IMG/VR virus record: IMGVR_UViG_3300033062_002302
DNA: 64,000 nucleotides
Direction: 5' to 3' (one strand)
Source of the DNA: a virus
Lineage: Duplodnaviria; Caudoviricetes
The position numbers were made by a program, and so were the translations under genes. Positions 21,523-30,885 of this stretch are shown one piece after another. Under the pieces are notes generated by a model. It worked only from the letters and a program-made list of their open reading frames with translations, was not told where the DNA came from and did no database searches. How positions within the stretch are numbered: the first letter of the stretch is position 1; the number at the start of each line of letters is the position of its first letter.

Positions 21523-23618
21523 AGAAGATACTTATAACAGGGACAGCGGGATTTATTCTTTCTAATTTTGTTAGAAAGGCGATTCATGACCAAATCCAAT
21601 CTGGAACTCACAATTATAAATTCGTTAGTATTGACAAGATGGCTAAGACATCTGTTTTAGGTAATATTTATCAAAATAAGAATCATCAGTTTTATATTGG
21701 TGACATTTGCGATTCTCATTTTTTAGATGTCATATTTGAATATGAGCGCCCTGATATTGTTCTTCATGGGGCAGCCGAGAGTCATGTTGATGATTCTCTT
21801 AAAGATACTGTTAAGTTCATTCAAAATAATGTTGTTGGGACTCAAACTTTGGTCAACGCTGCCGTTAAATGGGGCGTGGAGAAGTTTGTTCATATCTCAT
21901 GTTATGATGAACAAACGAAAGCGGTAACTAAAAGCGGAATAAAATCTTATCAAGAATTAAAAGAAGGGGACTTAGTTCTTTCAATTAATCCTGAAACGAA
22001 AGAAATTGAAGAAAAAGAAATTGAAAAAATAATAGTTCAAGATTATTCTGGCGATATGTATCATTTTAAATCTAATAGAGTCGATTTTTTAACTACGCCA
22101 AATCATAGATACATTTATGAACAAAATAATAAATTACATTGGACGACTTCAGAAGAAATGTCAGATGTCAAAGGAAAAAGCTATTTGCCAAAAGGCTCTA
22201 TTAATAGAGCATATAAAAAATATATAAATATCCCAGGTTTAGGGAAAGTAGACTCTAATGCTTTATTTTATGTTTGTGGCGCTTTTATTGGCGATGGTTT
22301 TACTGCTTATCAAGAAAAAATACGTGAAAATAAAAGTGGATATACTAGAGCTGATTTTATAAAAAAATGTCGGGATCCTAAAACTGGAAGAATTATATCA
22401 TCAAAAAATACAGATCCAAATGCCCCTAAATTTATAGTTACGCATAACTATCGTATTTTTTTTGATGTTCCAGAAAATGATAAATGCAGAGTTAAATTAG
22501 AAAAGGCTTTGACTAAATTAAAAATTAATTTTCATGCTGAAAAAAATAAATCTGGCGAACACATTTATTTTTCTTCAGAGAAATGGCTTAAATTCTTTGA
22601 TACTTTTGGGAAATATGCTGAAAATAAATTTATTCCAGAATGGATGTTTGATTATGGATATGATAATTTATTTAATTTATTAATGGGAATCCATGATTCT
22701 GATGGGCATGGTTATAATATTAGAGGTAAAGGCGCTTTGACAACATGCTCTCTCAAGTTAAGAGATCAGTATTGTTACTTGGCAACAATGTTAGGATTTC
22801 ATGCAAGATTTAATGAGCAAGGGCATAATCCAAACGCTTCTATCAATGGAAGAATTATTCATCAAAATTTTAAGGCTTGGCAAATTCATTTTTCTAATAA
22901 ACTTAGCCCATTATTTCCTAAAGCAAATATAATTAATTATAATGGTAAAATATGGTGTTTAAAAGTTAAAGATAATAAAAATTTTCTTGTTATTAGAAAT
23001 GGAATTAGCGCTTTTTCAGGAAATACGGACGAGTCATACGGTCAATTGAAAAGCGATTCTGAGCCATCCTGGACCGAGGAATCCCCGATCAATCCACGAA
23101 ACCCATATGCTGCTAGTAAAGCGGCAAGTGAATTGGTTGTTCAGGCAGCTGGGACTTCCTTTGGATTGAATTACAACATTACTCGTTCTTCTAATAATTA
23201 TGGTCCAAGGCAAACGGCAGAAAAGCTTTTGCCGAAAACAATTAAAAGCATTTTGAATAATCAAAAGATTCCGGTTTATGGGCAAGGGCTTCAAATTCGA
23301 GATTGGACCTATGTTACAGATAACTGTGCTGGATTAATGAAGGTTATTACAGATGGAAAGCCAAACGAAATATATAACATTTCGGCAAATCAAGAATGTA
23401 CTAATATTGAAATAATTCAAAAGATTTGCAATATTATGGGACGAGGTCATGATTTAATCGATTTTATTAAAGATCCAAGAGGCAATGCGCATGATTTTAG
23501 ATATTCAATTGACGCTTCTAAATTAAAGAAGCTTGGTTGGGCTCCGGAGATAAAGCTTCCGGAAGGATTGGAAATGTGTGTCAATTGGTATAATAATAAT
23601 CAATACTATTTAAAATAA
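21519..23618 (+). CDS. rmlB: dTDP-glucose 4,6-dehydratase containing an intein
   Basis: TGTAGFI, AAESHVD, HIS|TDE (split by intein), PYAASK, NNYGPRQ..EKL and IRDW motifs; spliced length 324 aa. Confidence 0.92.
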   Translation: MKKILITGTAGFILSNFVRKAIHDQIQSGTHNYKFVSIDKMAKTSVLGNIYQNKNHQFYIGDICDSHFLDVIFEYERPDIVLHGAAESHVDDSLKDTVKFIQNNVVGTQTLVNAAVKWGVEKFVHISCYDEQTKAVTKSGIKSYQELKEGDLVLSINPETKEIEEKEIEKIIVQDYSGDMYHFKSNRVDFLTTPNHRYIYEQNNKLHWTTSEEMSDVKGKSYLPKGSINRAYKKYINIPGLGKVDSNALFYVCGAFIGDGFTAYQEKIRENKSGYTRADFIKKCRDPKTGRIISSKNTDPNAPKFIVTHNYRIFFDVPENDKCRVKLEKALTKLKINFHAEKNKSGEHIYFSSEKWLKFFDTFGKYAENKFIPEWMFDYGYDNLFNLLMGIHDSDGHGYNIRGKGALTTCSLKLRDQYCYLATMLGFHARFNEQGHNPNASINGRIIHQNFKAWQIHFSNKLSPLFPKANIINYNGKIWCLKVKDNKNFLVIRNGISAFSGNTDESYGQLKSDSEPSWTEESPINPRNPYAASKAASELVVQAAGTSFGLNYNITRSSNNYGPRQTAEKLLPKTIKSILNNQKIPVYGQGLQIRDWTYVTDNCAGLMKVITDGKPNEIYNISANQECTNIEIIQKICNIMGRGHDLIDFIKDPRGNAHDFRYSIDASKLKKLGWAPEIKLPEGLEMCVNWYNNNQYYLK
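21900..23024 (+). mobile_element. intein with LAGLIDADG endonuclease in RmlB (375 aa)
   Basis: Starts CYDEQT; block B TPNH; GAFIGDG and GIHDSDG motifs; block F IWCLKV; ends SGN followed by Thr. Confidence 0.9.
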
Positions 23619-23644
23619 TGATATATGAAGATTAAGGATAAAAG

Positions 23645-24976
23645 ATGACGGCAAAATCAACAACAGAAATGGGCGTTCCAGAAGAAATCATTGATGATTT
23701 AGATGATGGCAAATTAGCCGCCCTTAAAGCAAAAAATCAAAACAAACAAAATATGGAACAAAAAATGGCTGCAAAAATCGTTGCGAAAAAAGATAGAAGT
23801 CTTGTCCTAGGGGTCCTAGGCTCCGGGCAAGCAGGTGGTAATTTAGCTCAAGCTTTATATTCATTAGGCTATGAAGCAGTTGTCGTTAACACTGCCATGC
23901 AGGACCTTAAATTCATTAATGTTCCAGATTCTAATAAACTTTTTCTCCAGCATGGATTAGGCGGCGCTGCTAAAGAACTAGAAATAGGTCGAGATGCCGC
24001 AGAATCTCATCGAGAAGAGATTAAGCAATTGGTTGATGATAAGCTCTCTGAGAGCCAAGTCAATGTTCTATGCCTATCTTTAGGCGGTGGTTCAGGCGCA
24101 GGTTCTTGCGAGACAATGGTAGATATTCTAGCAGAAACTGGAAAGCCTTTGGTTGTTATTACCGTTCTTCCAATGGATACGGAAGACTCTCAGACGAAGA
24201 GCAACGCATTAGAAACGCTTTCAAAGCTAGCATCTTTAACTAAAAGCAAAAAGGTTTCTAATCTTATTTGCGTTGACAATGCTAAGATTGAAGCTATCTA
24301 TCATAATGTTAGTCAGATGGATTTTTATGATATTGCCAATAAAGCAATCGTTGGACCGATTGATATTTTCAATACCTTGTCTGCCGCTCCGTCTAGTGTT
24401 AAGCCATTAGACTCTTCAGAATTCGCTAAGTTGTTTATTGATGGGGATGGTTTATCTGTCTACGGAGAGATGACTATTTCTAATTATAAAGAAGATACGG
24501 CGATTGCAGAAGCCGTGATTGATAATCTTAATTCAAATCTCTTAGCAAGCGGATTCGATCTCAAGCAGTCCAAGTATGTTGGAGTCATTATTACTGCAAA
24601 TGCTAATGTTTGGAAAGATATTCCAAGCTCTAGCGTCAATTATGCTATGAGTATAATTAATGACCAATGTGGAAATCCCAAGGGAGTTTTCAAGGGAGTC
24701 TATACGGTTGATAGTCCAGAGAACGTTGTTAAGGTTTATTCATTCTTTACTGGAATGGGACTTCCAGTTTCTCGGGTTGAGCAGTTAAAAGAAGAGACGA
24801 AAGATCTTCAGCAACGGTCCAAGGTTAAAGATGATGGTCGAAATTTGACCTTGTCATTGGATACTGGGACGAATGAAACGGTTTCAGCGGTTCAGAAGAT
24901 TAAGGATAAGATTGCGACGAAGTCCTCAGCATTCGGCAAATTGACGAAGAATGTTGTTGTTGATCGACGTAAGTAA
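23645..24976 (+). CDS. tubulin/FtsZ-superfamily GTPase (PhuZ/TubZ/CetZ-like)
   Basis: GSGQAGGN, GLGGAAK, LGGGSGAG signature, VDN, and T7-like LDSSE. Confidence 0.9.
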   Translation: MTAKSTTEMGVPEEIIDDLDDGKLAALKAKNQNKQNMEQKMAAKIVAKKDRSLVLGVLGSGQAGGNLAQALYSLGYEAVVVNTAMQDLKFINVPDSNKLFLQHGLGGAAKELEIGRDAAESHREEIKQLVDDKLSESQVNVLCLSLGGGSGAGSCETMVDILAETGKPLVVITVLPMDTEDSQTKSNALETLSKLASLTKSKKVSNLICVDNAKIEAIYHNVSQMDFYDIANKAIVGPIDIFNTLSAAPSSVKPLDSSEFAKLFIDGDGLSVYGEMTISNYKEDTAIAEAVIDNLNSNLLASGFDLKQSKYVGVIITANANVWKDIPSSSVNYAMSIINDQCGNPKGVFKGVYTVDSPENVVKVYSFFTGMGLPVSRVEQLKEETKDLQQRSKVKDDGRNLTLSLDTGTNETVSAVQKIKDKIATKSSAFGKLTKNVVVDRRK

Positions 24977-24991
24977 TTAAAGAATAAAGAT

Positions 24992-25035
24992 AATGAATGG
25001 GCAGGAGGATTAACTTTCTCCTGCCTTAATTCATT
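24992..25035 (+). terminator. hairpin / probable terminator after tubulin gene
   Basis: GGCAGGAG..CTCCTGCC core extended by AATGAAT/ATTCATT; weak U-tract. Confidence 0.6.
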
Positions 25036-25044
25036 TGATATATT
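25036..25044 (+). promoter_or_regulatory. extended -10 promoter (TGaTATATT), predicted leaderless start at 25051
   Basis: TGnTATAnT ends 7 nt before the ATG; no SD. Confidence 0.55.
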
Positions 25045-25050
25045 TGATGT

Positions 25051-26964
25051 ATGCCTCCTACGCCTCCCAAATCAAAGCTAACCACTCCAGAATTTATAAA
25101 AAAATGTCAAGAGTATCATGGAGATAAGTTCGATTATTCAGAAGCGGTTTATGTTAATCAGACAACCAAGTTTAAAGCAGTTTGTCATAAACATGGGTCT
25201 TTTGAGGTTACTCCTACTTCTCATTTAAAAAGTGAATTTGGCGGATGCCTTTCTTGTTTAAAGAAGAACTCTAATGAGTCTCTTTGGTTAGATGATTTAA
25301 AAGTTAAGGCTAGAAATGTATTATTAAATCAAATATTTGTTGATGGTTTTGATCAAGAAACAAATACAGTTTATTTATATGGATCAATACCTCAATCAAA
25401 ATTAGATTCATTATCTCAATATAATATCGCTTTAATTTCCGAACAAGAATTTTTGGATACTTATAAGCCGAAGACAAAGATAAGTATATTAAATAATAAA
25501 TACGCTCAAATTACTATTGATCCTAAATTATTTAATAAGCTAAGGACGTTTCTCTCTTATAAAACTGAGGGGATTGAATTTACCCCTGCTTTTAGAAATG
25601 GTTGGAATGGAATTACTTATTTGTTAGATAAGAATGGTAACTTTTTGCTGGGTCTTTTAGATAAAGTAAAAGAATTCTTAAATAATAATGAAATTGAATT
25701 CTCTATTGTTGATAATAGAAAAGAAATTGTTTCATATCCACCAATTGATTTAAGCAAAAGACTAGAAGAGCTTGGGATGGTTCCAAGAGATTATCAGGAG
25801 CGAATTGTTCAAGCTGCAATAAATTCTAGGAAAGGAATTATTAGAGCTTGCACTGGATCAGGCAAGTCGGTTTGTACTGCATTGGTAGCTGCTCACTTTA
25901 ATAAACCAACAATTATCTATGTCATTGGGCTAGATCTACTCCAACAATTTCACGATTTGTATAGCAAGCTTTTTGATGAGCCGATTGGCTTCATTGGGAA
26001 CGGGCGCTGCGAAATTCACAGAATTAACATAGCGAGCATCTGGACCATTGCAGCGGCGCTCCGAGACAAGAGCACCAAGAAAGCAACTCCTGTTACTTTA
26101 GATGATGATGAGCTTCAAAAAGAAATAGCTCCTTCTGAAATACAATCTCAAAACATTATTAAGATGTTAAAAGAAACTAAATTAAATATTTTCGATGAGT
26201 CACATGTCTGTACAACTAATACAATTGCGGCTATATTAAAGAAAATAGATCCTGAAAACATATATGGTTTTTCAGGAACTCCATTTCGAGATGATGGCGC
26301 AGATTTTTTAATTAATGGCATTTTGGGCGAGCAAATTGTTAATGTTTCCGCATCCGAATTAATTGAGAAAGGTTTCTTGGCGCAGCCGCTGATTAAATTC
26401 ACAAGAGTTCCGAAGACCTATATAGGAAGCGGAGGAGACACCTACCCAACCGTTTATAAAGAATACATCGTTCAAAACGAAATTAGAAATAAAATCATAT
26501 TTAACGAGGTCAAATCTCTTCTGTCTAAAAACTATCAAACATTAGTTCTTTTTAAAAATCTTGCTCATGGAAAGATCTTGAAAGAGATGTTTGAAGATTC
26601 AAATATCCCATTTGAATATCTATCTGGTAAAGATTCATTAAAAGATAGAAGTGAAGCGAAAGATAATTTAATTAATAAAAGATCTAACTTAATTTTGGCT
26701 AGCACTGTTTTGGATATTGGCGTTGACATTCCAACTCTTTCTGCGCTTGTTTTAGCTGGTGGTGGGAAAAGCAGCATTAGAACCCTTCAAAGAATAGGGC
26801 GAGTTATTCGAAAATTTCCAGGCAAGAAATTTGCAGCCATCGTTGATTTTTTTGATGATGTCAGGTTTCTAAAAAAACATTCAAAAAAGCGGCATCGGAT
26901 ATATTCATCTGAAACCGGCTTTAAACTTTTAATTCCAAATGATTTGAAACGAGAACTTTCATGA
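25051..26964 (+). CDS. SF2 DNA helicase (UvsW/Rad25-like) with N-terminal homing-endonuclease-derived Zn module
   Basis: PRDYQ, TGSGKS, DESH, SGTP, GVDIP and QRIGRVIR motifs; N-terminal CxxH..H..CxxC. Confidence 0.88.
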   Translation: MPPTPPKSKLTTPEFIKKCQEYHGDKFDYSEAVYVNQTTKFKAVCHKHGSFEVTPTSHLKSEFGGCLSCLKKNSNESLWLDDLKVKARNVLLNQIFVDGFDQETNTVYLYGSIPQSKLDSLSQYNIALISEQEFLDTYKPKTKISILNNKYAQITIDPKLFNKLRTFLSYKTEGIEFTPAFRNGWNGITYLLDKNGNFLLGLLDKVKEFLNNNEIEFSIVDNRKEIVSYPPIDLSKRLEELGMVPRDYQERIVQAAINSRKGIIRACTGSGKSVCTALVAAHFNKPTIIYVIGLDLLQQFHDLYSKLFDEPIGFIGNGRCEIHRINIASIWTIAAALRDKSTKKATPVTLDDDELQKEIAPSEIQSQNIIKMLKETKLNIFDESHVCTTNTIAAILKKIDPENIYGFSGTPFRDDGADFLINGILGEQIVNVSASELIEKGFLAQPLIKFTRVPKTYIGSGGDTYPTVYKEYIVQNEIRNKIIFNEVKSLLSKNYQTLVLFKNLAHGKILKEMFEDSNIPFEYLSGKDSLKDRSEAKDNLINKRSNLILASTVLDIGVDIPTLSALVLAGGGKSSIRTLQRIGRVIRKFPGKKFAAIVDFFDDVRFLKKHSKKRHRIYSSETGFKLLIPNDLKRELS

Positions 26965-27572
26965 TTGACAATGAGTTTGGTTCATTTAATGAACCACTTA
27001 ATGATAAGTATAAAAAATTCTTTGATAAATTCAAAGAAATTGAAACTACTCCAACGGTTGATTGGAAGCCGGTTCACCTTATCGCTTACTTTGCGAAAAA
27101 GTATTTTGACTTTTATCAAGTCAAATACCAATTCAAGTTCAATACTCCAAGCCCCGCGAAATCCTTTGAAATCTTTCAAATTAAACGTCTTGCTCTTCGC
27201 TTAACCTCAGACCCAACCATCCTTCGTCAATACATAGACTGGGCATTTAAAACGAAAGCGGAAACAAGTAAGAGAAGGTTAACCTCGATTTCCTTTATGA
27301 CTTCGGAAGAGCTTCTCAATAACTATAAGTTTAATGTTCTTCTTCCTTCTAATGAGACAACATTAACTAAATTGGAGCGAGGAACTTCTCTTCCGCCCAA
27401 TATCAAATCTCATTTTTGTAATATTAATTACATTAATACTTATGGAGATTTAGCTTTTATTCATAAGTCAATGGATAAAAACGCCGAAGATATGAGTCCT
27501 GAATTAACTATGGCATTAAGCAATCTTAAGAATTCAGGTTTTGATTTTAACATTTTAAGCAGGATTACATGA
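26961..27572 (+). CDS. hypothetical protein in replication module
   Basis: ATGA-coupled ORF between the helicase and DnaC. Confidence 0.6.
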   Translation: MIDNEFGSFNEPLNDKYKKFFDKFKEIETTPTVDWKPVHLIAYFAKKYFDFYQVKYQFKFNTPSPAKSFEIFQIKRLALRLTSDPTILRQYIDWAFKTKAETSKRRLTSISFMTSEELLNNYKFNVLLPSNETTLTKLERGTSLPPNIKSHFCNINYINTYGDLAFIHKSMDKNAEDMSPELTMALSNLKNSGFDFNILSRIT

Positions 27573-27991
27573 ACCCAGAAAAAAATCAATATGTTATCAT
27601 TATATTTAAAAATGGTCTTCAATCGGAAGGATATGTTGAATCTTGGTCTGATAAAAAATCAGTTTTAAAATCAATTGATAGTTTAACTTATTTCGTTATT
27701 CAGAATACAGACCAAGATGTTATGGCATTTAAAATCTTGTTAAATCCAAGCATTCTAAAACCTCAAAAACAATTGCAGGAAGAGTTGAAAGAGATTAAGT
27801 CTTCTTTTAATGAAGAGGTAAAAAAGCCCAGTCAGAATATTGAAGATAATCTCAGAATGAAAAATCTGGCTCAGCTTAAACAAGCAATGATTGAGCAAGA
27901 GAAAAAAATAGAGCAAGCAAAATTAAGGGAGCACAACTTTTGCGGGCTTCCAAATAAAGGAAATTATGAACACGGACTTTTCAAGAAGTAG
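27569..27991 (+). CDS. hypothetical protein (Sm-like N-terminus plus coiled coil)
   Basis: ATGA-coupled ORF. Confidence 0.55.
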   Translation: MNPEKNQYVIIIFKNGLQSEGYVESWSDKKSVLKSIDSLTYFVIQNTDQDVMAFKILLNPSILKPQKQLQEELKEIKSSFNEEVKKPSQNIEDNLRMKNLAQLKQAMIEQEKKIEQAKLREHNFCGLPNKGNYEHGLFKK

Positions 27992-28715
27992 AGCTTTAAA
28001 TACCATTCCGGAAAAGAAACTTCATAATCAACTCTTAGAAGTCGTACAATCTTGTGGTACCTGTAAAGATAAGTTTATCGTAAATGATAATAGTTTCGAT
28101 AACTTATGTCCTAAATGCGTCGTGACTCATGTCGCTTTCAATCGATATAAGGAGGCAAATATTCCGGTTGATTATTGGAATTTAAAGATGGAGAAAGATT
28201 TCGAAGGAAATAAAATTCTTTTAACAAAATATAATGAATTAACATCTGATTTAAAGAAACATTATTTAAAAGGAACTTCTATATGTTTTGCCGGGTCCCA
28301 TGGTCTTGGAAAAACTTTTTCTAATTGCTGTATATTAAAAAAAGCATGTCAGAAAGGATATACATGTCTTTACACAACTCTCTCTGACGTTGTCAATGTT
28401 CTAGTTCAATCTGACAATGAAAATAAATACCTGGCACGGCGGGAGCTAACCATGGTCGATTTCTTGGTCATCGATGAATTTGATCCGAAATTCACTTCTA
28501 CAACTAGTTCAGTTGATCTTTACGCCAGGACATTGGAGTCCATTTTTAGGACCAGGACTCAGAATAAGCTTCCTACCTTAATGGCGACTAATAGTCCAAA
28601 TATAGCTGAATCATTTTCTGGACCCATGAAGTCTTCTATTCAATCTCTCATAGAAGGTAATTTAGAAGAGGTTGTTGTTTTTGGAGAAGATTTTAGAAAG
28701 AAAAATAAAGAATGA
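27966..28715 (+). CDS. dnaC: DnaC/IstB-like AAA+ helicase loader
   Basis: CxxC..CxxC, Walker A GSHGLGKT, Walker B LVIDE, PTLMATN and GEDFR motifs; adjacent to DnaB. Confidence 0.85.
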   Translation: MNTDFSRSRALNTIPEKKLHNQLLEVVQSCGTCKDKFIVNDNSFDNLCPKCVVTHVAFNRYKEANIPVDYWNLKMEKDFEGNKILLTKYNELTSDLKKHYLKGTSICFAGSHGLGKTFSNCCILKKACQKGYTCLYTTLSDVVNVLVQSDNENKYLARRELTMVDFLVIDEFDPKFTSTTSSVDLYARTLESIFRTRTQNKLPTLMATNSPNIAESFSGPMKSSIQSLIEGNLEEVVVFGEDFRKKNKE

Positions 28716-30145
28716 GTTACTCTAATCTTGACCTTAATATTCTTAAGGTTCTCTTGACCCATAAGAGAAATGCAATTGAATTTTCCACAGAATGCAATAC
28801 CAACATCTTTGAACCCGATCTCTGGAACTTCGCCAATCTTGTTGTCAATTATACCAAGGTCTACAAAGAGATTCCAACTCAAAGAGTCATTGTCGAAAAG
28901 CTTGCTCAAGGCAAAAATGATAAAGTCATAGAGTATGTTAATAACATCTTTAAAATATTAGAAGATCATTCTTATAATGATAAAGAATACAAATTTGATT
29001 TAGATAAGATTAAGAAAAGATATCAGCAAAAACAAATATCATTACTCAACGATTCTCTATCTAAAATAGATTTTGAAAAGGCGGATATTAATCAGACTAT
29101 TTCTAACATTCAGAAGACGGTTAGCAATGTCAAGTCTATCAATCAAACTAAGGCTTATGATCGAAAAACTCTTAAAGACGCACTCCCAGAATTCAAAGAA
29201 GAATTCAACGCTAAATTAAAAGATCCAAAGTTTGATCGTGGAATTTTAACAGGTTATTCAGCTCTTGATTCTGTAACAGATGGTTTAAGAGAAGGCGAGC
29301 TTCTTCTTATTGGTGGAGAATCTGGTGCTGGTAAGTCCATGTTTTTAATGAACATGGCAATTCAAATGTGGATGCAGCAAAACACTTTAGATATGGTAAG
29401 TAACTTTACAGAAGGATGCAATGTTCTTTATTTCTCATTAGAGATGCCATTTAAACCTTGTCGGAATCGTGTCTTGTCACGACTCTCAGGAGTTAATTCT
29501 AAGCTCATTCGTAATCCTGTCGGCAAAGAAGGACAATTAAGACTTTCTGTTGATGATCGTAATAAGCTTAAGAAGACGATGCAGTTTATTCACAATTTCC
29601 CATATGAATTTGAAATCATTGATATTCCACGAGGCTGCTCGGCTGAAAGAATTGAAATCCTTTTCGAGGAAGCAAAGCTAAAGTTTAATCCTCAAATTAT
29701 TGTTGTCGATTATCTTGGAATCATGGATGATGAAGATAGTAAAGAGGATGATTGGCTTAAACTAGGCACAATTGCCGGAAAGCTTCATGAATTGGTTCGG
29801 GCTCATAATTTGATTGGTTTATCCGCCGTTCAATTGAATCGGGTTAAGCCTTCAAAGGATGCTGAAGAAAGAGTTGGCATGCATCGAATTGGTCGGTCTG
29901 CTTTGATTATGCATCATGCCAATATTGGTATCCAAATTGGAACAAGACCCAATGAAAAATCATATCCTGATATGGAATATTTCATTATTAAATGTCGTGA
30001 TGGTGGGCAGACTAAAGGAAAGCTTATTAAGAATTTAAGTTGTGCTTCTCTTTTAGATGATCCAGGACCAGGAGATGAAGATACGGGCTTTGAATTCACA
30101 GATTATGATGATATCTCTGCTAAGATAGAAGATATGGATATTTAG
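28712..30145 (+). CDS. dnaB: replicative DNA helicase
   Basis: TGY..LD, GGESGAGKS, FSLEM, VVDYL, AVQLNR and KCRDG motifs. Confidence 0.92.
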   Translation: MSYSNLDLNILKVLLTHKRNAIEFSTECNTNIFEPDLWNFANLVVNYTKVYKEIPTQRVIVEKLAQGKNDKVIEYVNNIFKILEDHSYNDKEYKFDLDKIKKRYQQKQISLLNDSLSKIDFEKADINQTISNIQKTVSNVKSINQTKAYDRKTLKDALPEFKEEFNAKLKDPKFDRGILTGYSALDSVTDGLREGELLLIGGESGAGKSMFLMNMAIQMWMQQNTLDMVSNFTEGCNVLYFSLEMPFKPCRNRVLSRLSGVNSKLIRNPVGKEGQLRLSVDDRNKLKKTMQFIHNFPYEFEIIDIPRGCSAERIEILFEEAKLKFNPQIIVVDYLGIMDDEDSKEDDWLKLGTIAGKLHELVRAHNLIGLSAVQLNRVKPSKDAEERVGMHRIGRSALIMHHANIGIQIGTRPNEKSYPDMEYFIIKCRDGGQTKGKLIKNLSCASLLDDPGPGDEDTGFEFTDYDDISAKIEDMDI

Positions 30146-30155
30146 GGATTTATAT

Positions 30156-30365
30156 ATGAAATCTGATGAAAAAGTCATTGCCGAAGCAAGCCGAATGGAA
30201 TACGAATCAAATTCCGGGAAGCTTTATATCGTCTTCGAAATCACCGATCCAAAGTATAAGGAAGAGCTAAAGAAAAATTGGACCTCATCTGATTTAGAAT
30301 TTAGAATAATTGATAAAAAATTAATTGTTGAAGCGTCTCCAGAAGAAGATAAAAAGGAAGAATAA
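30156..30365 (+). CDS. hypothetical protein
   Basis: 69-aa ORF with SD AGGGA; TAATG-coupled to the next gene. Confidence 0.6.
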   Translation: MKSDEKVIAEASRMEYESNSGKLYIVFEITDPKYKEELKKNWTSSDLEFRIIDKKLIVEASPEEDKKEE

Positions 30366-30688
30366 TGCCTCATTACGAATATGAATGTCCGGTCTGTGGA
30401 GAGTTTGAAGAATTTCACTCTATTATGATTAAATTAGACCATTGTCCTATGTGTAAAGAAAAAGGAAATGAAGTCGAAGTTAAACGTTTAATTTCTGGTG
30501 GTTCAGGTAAAGGAATTATGTCATTAACAGATGATGAATTTAAAGCCTCTCTTCCTGGAGAAGTAAATAAACTCAAGAGTGAAATGTCTAAATCTGAAAA
30601 GGTATACTCTGATCTTTTAGGTCATGACAAATATCAAAAAATTCAAACTCAAATAGACAATGCAAAGAGGGAGAGAGGGAGACGTTAA
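30365..30688 (+). CDS. FmdB-family zinc-ribbon protein
   Basis: MPxYEYECxxCGEFE..CPxC..KRLIS. Confidence 0.85.
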   Translation: MPHYEYECPVCGEFEEFHSIMIKLDHCPMCKEKGNEVEVKRLISGGSGKGIMSLTDDEFKASLPGEVNKLKSEMSKSEKVYSDLLGHDKYQKIQTQIDNAKRERGRR

Positions 30689-30879
30689 TGCCAACTTATT
30701 TATATTCATGTGAGCAATGCAAACAAGAGTTTGAAGAATATCATTCTATGAGTCATGTCCTCGAAGAATGTCCAAAATGCAAAGCAAATGGAAAAGAATC
30801 TCCTCCTCCTAAGAGATTGATTTCTGGAACTTCTTTTATTTTGGTTGGTGGAGGTTGGGCAAGCGAAGGCTACAAATAA
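30688..30879 (+). CDS. FmdB-family zinc-ribbon protein
   Basis: MPTYLYSCxxC..CPKC..KRLIS..F.L.GGGW. Confidence 0.85.
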   Translation: MPTYLYSCEQCKQEFEEYHSMSHVLEECPKCKANGKESPPPKRLISGTSFILVGGGWASEGYK

Positions 30880-30885
30880 TTTACA

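Noticed and set aside
23645-24976. Calling the phage nucleus-forming because of the tubulin gene
   Set aside because: Tubulin homologues occur without chimallin, and no shell gene is recognisable here
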